Assembly: GCF_001194135.2 (NCBI RefSeq)
Contig: NC_068997.1
Coordinates: 6,131,763-6,177,340, forward strand
Direction of reading: 5' to 3'
From: Octopus bimaculoides
Taxonomy: Eukaryota
Length of the DNA stretch: 45,578 nucleotides
A model generated the notes under the pieces. It made no database searches. It saw only the letters and a list, made by a program, of their open reading frames with translations, and was not told the origin of the DNA. How positions within the stretch are numbered: position 1 is the first letter of the stretch; each line of letters begins with the position of its first letter. Positions 1-10,989 of this stretch are shown here, piece by piece. The position numbers and the translations under genes are program-made.

Positions 1-369
1 AAGTTTCCTCATTGACCACCAGATAAGGGATCGGGGGACCCTGTCAAAGGCTTTCTCCATGTCAACGAAAGCCAGGTACAGAGGTTTATCCTTAGCTAGG
101 TATTTCTCCTGCAACTGTCTCACTAGAAATAAGGCATCAGTAGTGCTTTTACCTGGCACGAACCCAAACTGCATCTCATCTAAATTGATTCGCTCCCTAA
201 TTAGTTGGGCTATGACCCTCTCTGTAACTTTCATAACCTGATCTAACAGCTTGATGCCTCTGTAATTATTTGTATCTAAAGCGTCACCTTTACCTTTGTA
301 GCAGTTGACTATGATGCTGCTACACCAGTCATTGGGTATGACTCCTTCGTGTATCACCTGGTTCGTTAT
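1..369 (-). mobile_element. RTE-clade LINE reverse transcriptase fragment (continues beyond window start)
   Basis: Minus strand reads openly as ...QVIHEGVIPNDWCSSIIVNCYKGKGDALDTNNYRGIKLL...QFGFVPGKSTTDALF...LAFVDMEKAFDRVPR, which are typical RTE RT motifs. Confidence 0.92.
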
Positions 370-424
370 ATATATATAATTACCACATCTACAGAAACAT
401 ACATTTTTTATAAATATATATATT

Positions 425-745
425 CTTTTATTCATTTCAGTCATTTGACTGCGGCTATGCTGGAGCACCACCTTGTTTCCATACTGGCATGGCTTGGATG
501 ATTTAACTGGAACTGACAAGGCCAGGGGCAGCATCAGGCTCCATTGTTTGTTCTGTCACGATTTTTACAGCTGGATAATAGCAATACCAGTGCTAGGGCT
601 TCTTTCAGTTTCTTCCTACCTTCACAAGGCTTTGATCGGCAAAGGGCTCTAGTAGAAGATACTTGCCCAAGGTACCATGCAGTAGGACTGAACCTGAAAC
701 CATGTGTGTAGCAAGTGAATTTCTTAACCTCAAGGCTATGCCTGT
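425..745 (-). mobile_element. tRNA-derived SINE family B, decayed and composite copy
   Basis: Shares ttcagtcatttgactg, cttctttcagtttc, cttgcccaagg and ggactgaac blocks with the copies at 15105, 20260 and 32355. Confidence 0.7.
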
Positions 746-1094
746 ACCTATCATATCGTTCTTGCCTTTTCAACAGTATGTGTTGCTATTTCAACAAACA
801 TTAAGTTGTATTTTAAAAAGAAACGGAACACTATATTCACTTGAACTTCATACTAGTCTTTCTGGTTTATATTTAATCATTCAACTGTTAATATTTATCT
901 AATTCAACTTTCAAACAACCTATTTAACTTTAGAAAACACAGACATTGCAATAAAAGTGCATCATATAAGCACTTCATAGTTGAGTGATGGAGTCACATT
1001 GTTAAAATAATTGTGGCTTAAATCAGTGAGATATTACTGGGTCATATTAGTGCAATATTACAGGTGATATCAGTACAATTTTACCGGATTAGAT

Positions 1095-1240
1095 AGGAGT
1101 GGCAGAATTGTTAGAGCATCAAGAAAACAAATACCCTGCAGTATTTGTTTCAGCTAATTACATTCTGAGTTCAAATTCAACTGCAGTCAACTTTACCTTT
1201 TGTACTTTTGAGGCTGATTAAATAAATTACTGGTTTAATA
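1095..1240 (+). mobile_element. tRNA-derived SINE family A, decayed
   Basis: tggcagaattgttag (A-box-like), ctgagttcaaattc (B-box-like) and gtcaactttacc, matching the copy at 10459. Confidence 0.65.
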
Positions 1241-1439
1241 CTAACCCTCTGAGGTTTCTTTCTTCTGTCTCTTCTATCATTATTACAAAGGCCTGTGCTC
1301 CATCTATTTCCCCACCACCACAACCAGCTCAATTCATTTTCCCTAGTCCTTCCTTCCCAGAACTGATATAAACTTTGGGGAATTCTTATCCTCTCCAGGT
1401 TTACCTCACGGACACCAACTATGTGTTAATGGTGAATGT

Positions 1440-1800
1440 AAATCACATTAATCTTACCAGTCTGGAGGAGAGGAGAACAATCACATTAATCCCATAAGTC
1501 TGGAAAAGAGGATCATCAACCTCATCAGTCTGTGAGAAGAGTTCAATCACAACAACCTCACCAGTTAGACGATGAGGGTCATCGGTCACACCAATCTCAT
1601 CAGCCAGGAAGGGTAATATCAATCATATCATTCACTAGTCTGGAGAAGGGATCATCAGTCGCATCAACTCACCAGTCTGAGAGATGGACCCACCAGTTAC
1701 AATAATCTCATCAATCAGAGTGAAGGGGACTACTGAGCATATCACTTGCAAAAATCTGGGATTATTGATCACATCAATCTCACCAGTCTAGAGAAGGGTT
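1440..1800. repeat. Degenerate minisatellite, about 10 units of about 37 bp
   Basis: Recurring aatcac(a/t)..aatct(c/t)accagtctggagaagg-like unit; units vary in length. Confidence 0.75.
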
Positions 1801-1996
1801 TGAATGGACACTGTCTAACCTCAGTCATCATCATCATCATCATCATAACTACTGCCGCTGTTGCCACCACCACCACTTTATGTCCATTCTCCCAAGCTAG
1901 CAAGGTTTAGACAAAAACTATGCCCTAGTAAGAATTGAACTCACAACCTTCAACTTACTTTGTTATACTTGCTTATGAGACTCACATGATAATTAC

Positions 1997-2127
1997 TTAC
2001 ATTATTTACATTTGATGGATATTTGTCCTCATCTTGTTTGTTGTTAACACATTTCGGCTGATGTACTTTCAAGCCTTCATCAGGTGTTCTGGGGAGAATT
2101 TCGAACCTGGGTTCTCATTCCTAATAA

Positions 2128-2162
<35 letters not shown>

Positions 2163-2238
2163 GGGTCACTGCCTGGAATCGAACTCAGAATCTTGGGGTT
2201 AGTAGCCCGCGCTCTTAACCACTATGCCATATGCCCGT
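1997..2238 (-). mobile_element. tRNA-headed SINE-like element with internal (TAA)n and a 3' hammerhead-like segment
   Basis: Minus strand: GGGCATATGGCATAGTGGTTAAG (A box) ... GAGTTCGATTCC (B box), (TAA)n at 2130-2162, then CTGATGA...GAAA core at 2083-2052. Confidence 0.7.
2046..2088 (-). ncRNA. Degenerate type I hammerhead ribozyme motif
   Basis: AACAC-CTGATGA-A-GGCT(12 nt)AGCC-GAAA-T-GTGTT. Stems I and II pair, but stem III and the NUH triplet are reduced to one nucleotide. Confidence 0.45.
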
Positions 2239-2337
2239 GGATGGAGGCTGGAATCAAATATAGGACTGTAATTATCTACAGTACAAATGAAATCAGTGAC
2301 TAAATCATAGTAAAAAAACAAAAAAAAAAAAACATAC

Positions 2338-2601
2338 CAGTTTTCATATTTGTGAAGTTTACTAATGACATTGTCTTTCTGTAGAATGTATAAGAGAAGT
2401 TCATTTTCTTGTTCTGAGCCATCACAGATGTGGATATTGTCTGGTTTAGTGATCTTAGCAGTTTCCTCAACAAAGGTCTTTACAGCCGGGGCTAGTTTAT
2501 TGATGTTTCCATAGATGACACTGTAGTTTTGAACCACTTTAGGGTACAAAGGAGCAGATTTTTGAGAAAGAGCAGACAAAAGTGTCTTCCCACGGACAAC
2601 C
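2338..2601 (-). CDS. PCK: Internal exon of phosphoenolpyruvate carboxykinase [GTP] (equivalent to PCK2 exon 2)
   Basis: 87 full codons VVRGKTLL...INKLAPAVKTFVEETAKITKPDNIHICDGSEQENELLLYILQKDNVISKLHKYEN, which includes the PEPCK N-terminal P-x-x-IHICDGSE-x-EN...L-x-KY-x-N signature. Acceptor tttaatttcag|G at 2601 and donor AACTG|gtatgt at 2338. Phase 2 at both ends, as in vertebrate PCK2 exon 2. Confidence 0.93.
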
Positions 2602-3856
2602 CTGAAATTAAACAGAGAAATACATAAGCATGACAATTCAACTTTCACTTTATACATCATATATACATACATACATAGTTTTTATTACTGAATAACTTTC
2701 CTAATGCCAACTACTTTACAGTGTGTACAGAATACACAAAACTAAAGAACCCCCTTGACTGAGTAAGAGTATACTAAAGAGTAAAGCAATTTTATACAAT
2801 GTGTGAAGAGGTTGGTGTATGACTGAGGATGGGAAGATGTTTGTTGCTGTAGAGGAGGCATGGACAAGACATGCCTCACCAATTACAAGAGTTCTTCAAC
2901 ACACATGAATTCTGGTCGAACAGACCTACAATTAAAGACATGCCAAGCATGACCTTCATGTCATTTTTTTAGTTTCTAGAACCACATTATCTAATGTACC
3001 CTTTCATCGTTAATAAAGTATAGCGCAATTTGAGGGAGATTTGGGTGCTGTTTTTAACAGGTTGAATGACAGGTACCCATCCTGATACACAACATAACCC
3101 TATACCCACTCCTAACACTACATATAACACACACTCCATAAAATATAACAACATATTCATCTAAAGGAGCTTCTATGTGGCATCTCAACTTGCTAGAAAA
3201 CTACATCAATTTACACTAATCTTCATTAAAAGAAGATCACATTTAATAATACAGTCCATTGTACACACATACCTATGCAAAAATATGATGTAAAAAAGAT
3301 AAAACGTTCATGAGAAGAACACATTCTACTGTGTGTTCTTATTGGGAATGACCAAGGGCTAAACAACAACAGACACACATGACACAGATAAAATATACAC
3401 ACTAGACAAAACACACACACACACACACACACACACTCTACACCATATATAAACATGCACAGATTTGTTAAATACAAAATATAAAGAAGAAAAATAAAGT
3501 CCAAAATGATTTAGATAATAAAAAAGTCCAAAATTATGTTAAATTAGCCAACAGTTAATGCGTTTTTTCTAAATTACCCAGTAAATGAGGAAATACCCCC
3601 CCCCCCTTCTTCCCAATAAATTACATTTTTGTACTTTTACCACTATGGATTGTAATGAGTCACTGACGAAAATGTTTTGATTTCAACTCTAAGCAACAAC
3701 ACTACCACCATCACCACCACCAGTCTTTAAACGTTTGCCAAAAACAGTAAGTTTTTACTAAAAGCAACTTGACTAAATGGAGTGAGTCAAGCTTTATGTT
3801 ATATTAAAGAAACAGTGGGGATTAGATGAGGAGGAGGAGGAGGAGGGGAAGGCTAA

Positions 3857-4591
3857 NNNNNNNNNNNNNNNNNNNNNNNNNNNNNNNNNNNNNNNNNNNN
3901 NNNNNNNNNNNNNNNNNNNNNNNNNNNNNNNNNNNNNNNNNNNNNNNNNNNNNNNNNNNNNNNNNNNNNNNNNNNNNNNNNNNNNNNNNNNNNNNNNNNN
4001 NNNNNNNNNNNNNNNNNNNNNNNNNNNNNNNNNNNNNNNNNNNNNNNNNNNNNNNNNNNNNNNNNNNNNNNNNNNNNNNNNNNNNNNNNNNNNNNNNNNN
4101 NNNNNNNNNNNNNNNNNNNNNNNNNNNNNNNNNNNNNNNNNNNNNNNNNNNNNNNNNNNNNNNNNNNNNNNNNNNNNNNNNNNNNNNNNNNNNNNNNNNN
4201 NNNNNNNNNNNNNNNNNNNNNNNNNNNNNNNNNNNNNNNNNNNNNNNNNNNNNNNNNNNNNNNNNNNNNNNNNNNNNNNNNNNNNNNNNNNNNNNNNNNN
4301 NNNNNNNNNNNNNNNNNNNNNNNNNNNNNNNNNNNNNNNNNNNNNNNNNNNNNNNNNNNNNNNNNNNNNNNNNNNNNNNNNNNNNNNNNNNNNNNNNNNN
4401 NNNNNNNNNNNNNNNNNNNNNNNNNNNNNNNNNNNNNNNNNNNNNNNNNNNNNNNNNNNNNNNNNNNNNNNNNNNNNNNNNNNNNNNNNNNNNNNNNNNN
4501 NNNNNNNNNNNNNNNNNNNNNNNNNNNNNNNNNNNNNNNNNNNNNNNNNNNNNNNNNNNNNNNNNNNNNNNNNNNNNNNNNNNNNNNNNNN
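3857..4591. other. Assembly gap
   Basis: 735 N. Confidence 0.99.
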
Positions 4592-4875
4592 AGTAAGGGA
4601 TGTCTTTGACCATAGATCTGTTTGATTACTGAAACATGACACCAACAGGTTTTTCCCCCTTTCATCCCCTCTTGATTTTTTCTTTCATCTCACTGTCACC
4701 AATTTCTCTTCCTCTCTTCATTTCTTTCTTTCTCCCTCTCTCAGCTTATTACTGTTTCTAAACACTCCTTGTCTATGTATGCATGCTCCTGTTGTTTTGT
4801 CCCCCCCCCCTCCATCAGTTGCAGCCGGCCACTCAGAAGACATACAGGATGTAAAACTCTGCTATGTTCTCTTTG

Positions 4876-4918
4876 CCATCATTTCTCTTCTGATGAAGAA
4901 TTCTTTCTGAAACGATGG
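4876..4918 (+). ncRNA. Partial hammerhead-like core
   Basis: CCATCAT-T-TCTCTT-CTGATGA-AGAA(TTCT)TTCT-GAAA-CGATGG. Stem II and a stem-III-like pairing are present; there is no stem I. Confidence 0.3.
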
Positions 4919-6339
4919 ATGCTCTATTATCCATAGCAATTCCACTGTATTCCTTCTGTCACCCTTCCCATATAATACAAATCTTGCCAACAAAGATTGC
5001 CACCAGTTACCTTGGAATCTGTTTCATCATTGCTATCATTGTTGTCATCATTATCACTTTAACACCCACTTTTTCCATGCTGGCATGGGTTGGATGGCTT
5101 GAAAAGAACTGGTAAGGCCAGTGAAGCTCAAGTTTTTTTCAATCGCAAAATATGCATTTTTTAAAAGGAAGTAAAAAATCTGAAAATCAGGTATAATAAT
5201 GTAGCCTTCCTGTCTTATTGCTTTGAAGGTATGATGTTGTGGAGAGAAAAAATTGGAGAAAAATGTTACAGAGGTTTAAAAATCGAAAAAACTGAGTATT
5301 TTTAGCCAATAGCGAGACAGAAATTTTCTGTGTTTAGCAGAACAGTGTCAACTTTAAGGTTGTACCCTGTGAAATTTATAGTTTAGCGTCTGACCTGTTC
5401 ATTGTAGGTCTCTAAATAAACAGAAATACCTAATAAAATCAACATGCATCATCTTACTATTTCTTTTGTCTCTTCATTGATTGTATGTTTTTATCATATT
5501 TTAAAATTCGTCATATTAATATATTTGTCTGCATGTGTTTACTTTGTGCGTACTTCAGTATTATGTATACCTGCCATGTTTTTATGTACATCATTAATAT
5601 ATTAGTACATGTGTGTGTGTGTGAAAAGGGGGCATCTGTCTTCAAAATCCAAAGTTGAGTAATGTTTTCATGCTTGGATTTGTAAACTACGATAAGAATA
5701 ACAGTCAACAAAGAATTTGTCCGAAGCAAAAGAATACCTGTATCTTGTATGTTTTTACATGCAGAATCAAAAAGTAATGTCAAATTATTTGTATCACCCA
5801 CAGTTTCTCTGTTCCATGATATCCCTCTCAGTTCTTGTTATGTGGGCTAAATTTCAGTTAAGCTGTTGAAATGTGAAGCTAACGGTTTAAGAAATACTCC
5901 TAATTAAAAGTTTTATAAACAGAATTAACCTCGTGAAATCCTAAATCCAGCAATCTGAGTCAATGAGTCTCAAAAATATATGAAATGAAAAATACTAACA
6001 CACAGAAGCACAGAAAAATGTAATATACTAACACAAAAAAAAATTAAAACAAAACACGCAGGTGAGAAGAATCAAGTGAGAAAAATCAACATAGACAACA
6101 GCAGCACAGACAACAGTGAACCACAACACAGCATGCGGTTGTCATGGTAACAAGCTGCTAATGCCATGCTGTCTGTTGATTGGCTAAAATTACCCAAATT
6201 TCCCAATTTTAATTCCAAATAACATTAGGTTCTTTAATTTACAAGATAAAGTAATTGGTTGATCGTAATCAAAATTCAGAGTTGCATTGATACACCAAAA
6301 TTGAAAGCAATCTGAGCAAAATTAAGTGGGGCTCATTTT

Positions 6340-6640
6340 ACGAATGAGGAAGACTAGATCTGCCAGGGGCTACACTTGGTCCTATAGTCTGTTTTGGCTT
6401 GGTTTCTAAGGCTGGAAGCCCTTCCTAATGCCAACCACTCCACAAAGTGTACTGGATGCTTTTTATGTGGCACCATCATCAGTACTTTCTAAGTGGCGCC
6501 AGCACCAGTACTTTCACATGGTACCAAAACCCACACCAAAGCTTTTTACGTGGCACCTTGGTTTTAGGATCTCAATTTTGTTGTGGTAGGCAGGTCTTCT
6601 CAAGTATAGCAATGCGCCTCTTACCTCAACTCCCTGTCGT
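6340..6640 (-). mobile_element. Decayed RTE 3'-UTR-related repeat
   Basis: ccttcctaatgccaaccactcc...gtgta block shared with the copies at 10990, 17610 and 37267. Confidence 0.55.
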
Positions 6641-6666
6641 TTCCTTTGTAAGGTTCAAGAAATACA

Positions 6667-6699
<33 letters not shown>

Positions 6700-8786
6700 G
6701 CTCATTTATCTTGTATTATTTTGAAGTCGAATGTCTTTGATCACTAAAGTACCCTGTATCTACATTTGAAGTTGTATCTATATTCTAAAATGGAGTTTGT
6801 ACCCTGCAATCTAAATATGTAACAAGCTCTGTAAAGGCCTCTTCAGTTATTACTATCTCTAACCTGAGAAAGATAAAATTTAAAATCTCATATAACCCTA
6901 GGTCAGATCTTATCCGGAAGATATGAGGGCAACAGCAATCCAGATGTGACTATCCTGACCCCTTTATCTCCAGACAGTGTACCTATACCTACATTCTTTT
7001 AATTATTATATATCTGAAGTATTATGTAAATACCAGTCCTGCTAGAGATGAATATTTCATTGCTATATATACATTCAGTAGTAGCAGCAGCAGGTACAAA
7101 AGAAGAGAGTCCTCAATAACAAGGAAACAAATTGTACATTGAGAAATATTTAATTTACTCTAAGTGTTAAGTAAGTTGTGCTAAATTTCTCAATTACACA
7201 CACAAATACATACATACAAATATGTGTGTGTGTGTATGTACTGAACACAAGGTGTATTAGAAATCTTGGATTTAAAGAAGTTAAATTATAATTTCTTTCA
7301 AAGCTTTTGTTGTAAAGCTGTAAACAGATATAAATGTATTTTGTTATTCTCTTTGTACTGAGAAAAATAAAGGAGATTGCCCTGACATGTTTTCCAATTT
7401 GCTGGACACTCATCAGAGAGGAAACACCCTCTCATCATTCTATCCATGAAAACTACATAATAATTTGTTGACAGCATGATTAAATAATTATGCATAAAAA
7501 TGTATATCAAATAAGTCTAAACTAGTTCGATTAAAATTTTGAAGGATTTATAGCAAAATGTTCATGCTTTCCACATCTGTTGTTCCATAGTAGTCATGGT
7601 TTAGATTGGATGGGGACTTATTTGAGACAGGATTTTGTGGTTGATGCTCTTTCTGTAGCTAACCCTTACCCATTTTTCAAGTAAGGGATCTTTTTCTCAT
7701 TTCACAGGTCTACAAATGAACAGAGCAACTGGTCTTAATGTTGACATGGAACTGGTGACAAGCTGTTGAATATCAACATTCATACATACATACTCACACA
7801 GATATGCATATCTAAAATGCACATACAAATGATTACTACACATGCATACGTGTATCATCATCATCATCATCATCATCATTATTACCATCTTTTAATATCT
7901 GTCTTCCATGTTGGTATAGGCCTGATTGTTTGACAAGATCCAATGAGCCAAACTACTTGTTAGTTACCAATGTCTGTTTTGGTATGGTTTCTATGGTTGG
8001 ATGCCCTTGCTAATGGTAACCACTTTACAGAGTGCAATGTGTGCTTTTTTAGTAACATTGGCAAATATGAGGTTACCAAGTAACTTGCAAGATGAAGAAA
8101 AAATCCTAGACCGAGTGGGGTTGTAATATAGAGGGAGGTAGCATTATGTGAGATGTTGAGAGGCTAAAGTATGATGAAGAGACAGGTACAAGTATGTGTC
8201 TTATTACAGAAGGATGCATGGCAACTTTGCATTATATAAGAGTGAGCGAAAGTAGCTGGGAAGAAAGTAGAGATATTGGTGGATGTGGTCTTGGAGCTTA
8301 ATGTCAAGGTACAACAAAGAGTATAAGGGAGGATATGGACTAAGGATGGGGAAATAGTTCAAAAAGAAGAGGTGATAAGTGGCAGCAGAAGATGTGGGGG
8401 CAAGCAGCAGTGTAATAAACAAATGTATAAAAAAATTATTACATGCAAACATGTTATTACATGTAAACAGAACACAAGTACTCTAAAGAACAACAGGAAC
8501 ACTATCAACATGTTGAGTGTTGCATTACTGATATCCATTCTTCTGTGTGCATCCATGTGAAAGATTGCCTTTTACCAAGACTAGGCTACCTAACCCCAAG
8601 GTATAGTTCTTACTGGTATCTTAGTGATCTAAAATAATTAGAAAGTGTGTGTGTATGGTTCTACCCCAGCCCTCTTTATCCAAAAATTAATCTGTTATCT
8701 TCTGAAGAGATTGAAAAGGTGACACAGTCAGAAATATTAAGACATTAGATTAGATAATTGTTGAAGGATGTCTAATGAAGGAGGGT

Positions 8787-8842
<56 letters not shown>
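8787..8842. repeat. (GA)n microsatellite
   Basis: Visible directly in the sequence. Confidence 0.95.
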
Positions 8843-8845
<3 letters not shown>

Positions 8846-10169
8846 CAAAATGGAGATGATAGGAAGGGTCGTAGGAAGAGAAGGAGAGAAGTAAAGAGGG
8901 GGGAGCAGTAGTGAGACCTAAAGAGAATCGGAGAGAGAAATATCAAAGTTCAAGTAACCAAAAAAATATTACAATAACATGAACAACAACCACAACAATA
9001 TTCTCAACAACAACATGTTTACAGAAATAATAAAAACTATTTTGCTTATTTTAAAAGAAATATCTTTGAAATTAAGACCAAACAAGTTTAACAAAGGTCA
9101 AAGGGTTTGACAAGGTCATATGACAAATGTTTGATATTTGGGGATGAAAAAATTTCATTTTTATAAAATTATAAAAGAAAAAAGAAAAACTTGAGTAAAG
9201 GGAAGTAACTAAAATAGACCACTAGCATGAATGAAGTATACAAAAATATTCTTAGCTGAACGTTGCCATCTAATTGGAGAAACAAAACAAATGCCTAGTA
9301 ATAATCATTAATGTTTCTTGAAGAAGATGATGGTTGTAATGATTATGATAGTGGTAGTGATGATGATGCTGGTAGAGATAATGAAAGTGGCAGTCGTGGT
9401 GGTGATGTTGATGACAATGGTGGTTGTGATAGTGTTGGGTGATGATGGTTGTAGTAGAGGTGATGAAATATTCAACAAATATGTCACAATACAGTTTTAA
9501 ACATTTCAGTATCATTCACACAGTTGCTTTTAGAAACACACACATTTACACATCACAAACAAATACACACATATACATGCACAAACATGCATAGCTACAT
9601 ACTTAAAAGTACACATACACATATGTTCATGAACTATAAAACTAATAACAAACCAAAATTACAAAAAAGATAAGCGTAAATTTATTGTTTTGTTTTATTT
9701 TTACATATGTGTGTGTATACAAGAATATACAAGAATAAGGGCAGAGAATCGTCAATTAATAATAGAATTAATAATTAACAATTTTGCCAAGTAGTTCAGT
9801 ATGAAAAAAAACCTTCATCGGTAAAACTACTTATCATCATAAATATACAGGGATTAGCAATTGAGTTGCTTCTCCAACATACTGAAAATTTAGAAATAGC
9901 AGTCAAAGAACTACTGATTCCAAACTACAAATTTTTCTCTAAAGCGGATGGCGATATTTATGGCACACATAGAACAAAAAACCGGAGGGAAAAGTGTAAA
10001 CAAACCAAGTATGTTCATGTTACGTGCTAGTGGTAATGTAATGCAGTACAACCTGTTGCTTGGTCAATGCAGTGGTGACTAAACTAGCAACTCTACCAAG
10101 CCTGCAGGGTGAAAACCAAACCTGTCAAACTGCAGACAAACTCAGTAGAGTTAACAGCCACTGAACAGG

Positions 10170-10378
10170 CACACCGAGCAAACTGCTTAGTGGCAGTTCT
10201 GCCTGCCTTTACGTTCTGAATTCAAATACTGCAGAGGTTGACGTGGCGTTTCTCCTTCCTTTTGGGGGGGGTTGATAAAATAAGTACCAGCTGAGTACTG
10301 NNNNNNNNNNGGGGGAGTTGATGAAATCGACTGTCCCTCTCCTCACAAAATTTCAGGCCTTGTGCCAATCGTAGAAAG
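10170..10378 (+). mobile_element. SINE family A copy (contains a 10-N gap)
   Basis: gttctgaattcaaat, gataaaataagtaccag and aaatttcaggccttgtgcc blocks. Confidence 0.7.
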
Positions 10379-10458
10379 GACATATATATATTTATCTTCT
10401 CATGTCTGAATGGAGATGAATGTGTTAAATATGATTGTACACAAATATATATAAAGAA

Positions 10459-10679
10459 GGCGGTGAGCAGGCAGATGCGTTAGCACGTCGGCGAAATGCT
10501 TAGCGGTATTTTATCTGTTGCAACGTTCTGAGTTCAAATTCCGCCGAGGTCGACTTTGCCTTTCATCCTTTCAGGGTCGATTAAATAAGTACCAGTTACG
10601 CACTGGGGTCGATATAATCGACTTAATCCGTTTGTTTGTCCCCTCTGTATGTAGCCCCTTGTGGGTAGTAAAGAAATAA
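10459..10679 (+). mobile_element. SINE family A, well-preserved copy that retains its CpGs
   Basis: ggcggtgagcaggcaga head, gagttcaaattcc B box, gtcgactttgcctttcatcctttc...aaataagtaccag central block. Confidence 0.85.
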
Positions 10680-10757
10680 CACAAATATATATATATATAT
10701 CTCATCATCATCATTTAACATCTGTTGTCCATGCTGTATACACACACCCACACACAG

Positions 10758-10965
10758 AGGAGAGCACATAAGTGCAAAACAAGGTGCAAAAAATAGTACT
10801 CAAATATCTAAGGTAGAGTAATGTGCTTTCATGAAAGCTGCAAAATTATCGCAAAACTGTTACTCAGCGTTTCACATTCCTGTTCATCAGACATTTGCGA
10901 TGAAAACTCTGACAAATGGGAACATGACACTCTGAGCTTTTGTGATAATTTTTCAGCTTAATAAA
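10758..10965. mobile_element. Inverted-repeat element carrying two opposite-strand hammerhead-like cores (probably Penelope-like derived)
   Basis: Arms aagctgcaaaattatcgcaaaa... (from 10835) and ...ttttgtgataatttttcagctt (to 10959) are inverted copies. The Penelope origin is an inference. Confidence 0.65.
10848..10901 (-). ncRNA. Type I hammerhead ribozyme candidate with a complete core
   Basis: ATCGCAAA-TGT-CTGATGA-ACA(GGAA)TGT-GAAA-C(GCTGA)GT-A/ACA-GT-TTTGCGAT. All conserved core positions are present; predicted GUA cleavage between 10861 and 10860. Confidence 0.65.
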
Positions 10966-10989
10966 AGTTTATATATGTATATATATACC

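Noticed and set aside
1440-1800. CRISPR-like or coding repeat
   Set aside because: No constant repeat with unique spacers, the context is eukaryotic, and there is no consistent frame.
2163-2236. Functional tRNA gene (ACT at the anticodon position)
   Set aside because: Acceptor, D and T stems pair poorly and a (TAA)n tract follows directly; it is a SINE head.
1-2337. Next PCK exon (WLARTDPKDVARVES-like)
   Set aside because: Not found on the minus strand here; it probably lies beyond the window start.
2199-2672. 157-aa ORF as a complete gene
   Set aside because: Only 2338-2601 is PEPCK-like and bounded by splice sites; the rest is intron read-through.
3794-4665. Long ORFs spanning N gaps (also near 11650-12620 and 16560-17080)
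   Set aside because: Artefacts of translating N runs.
5115-5410. Possible Kolobok-like or other DNA transposon end
   Set aside because: The composition is suggestive, but no partner TIR or TSD was found.
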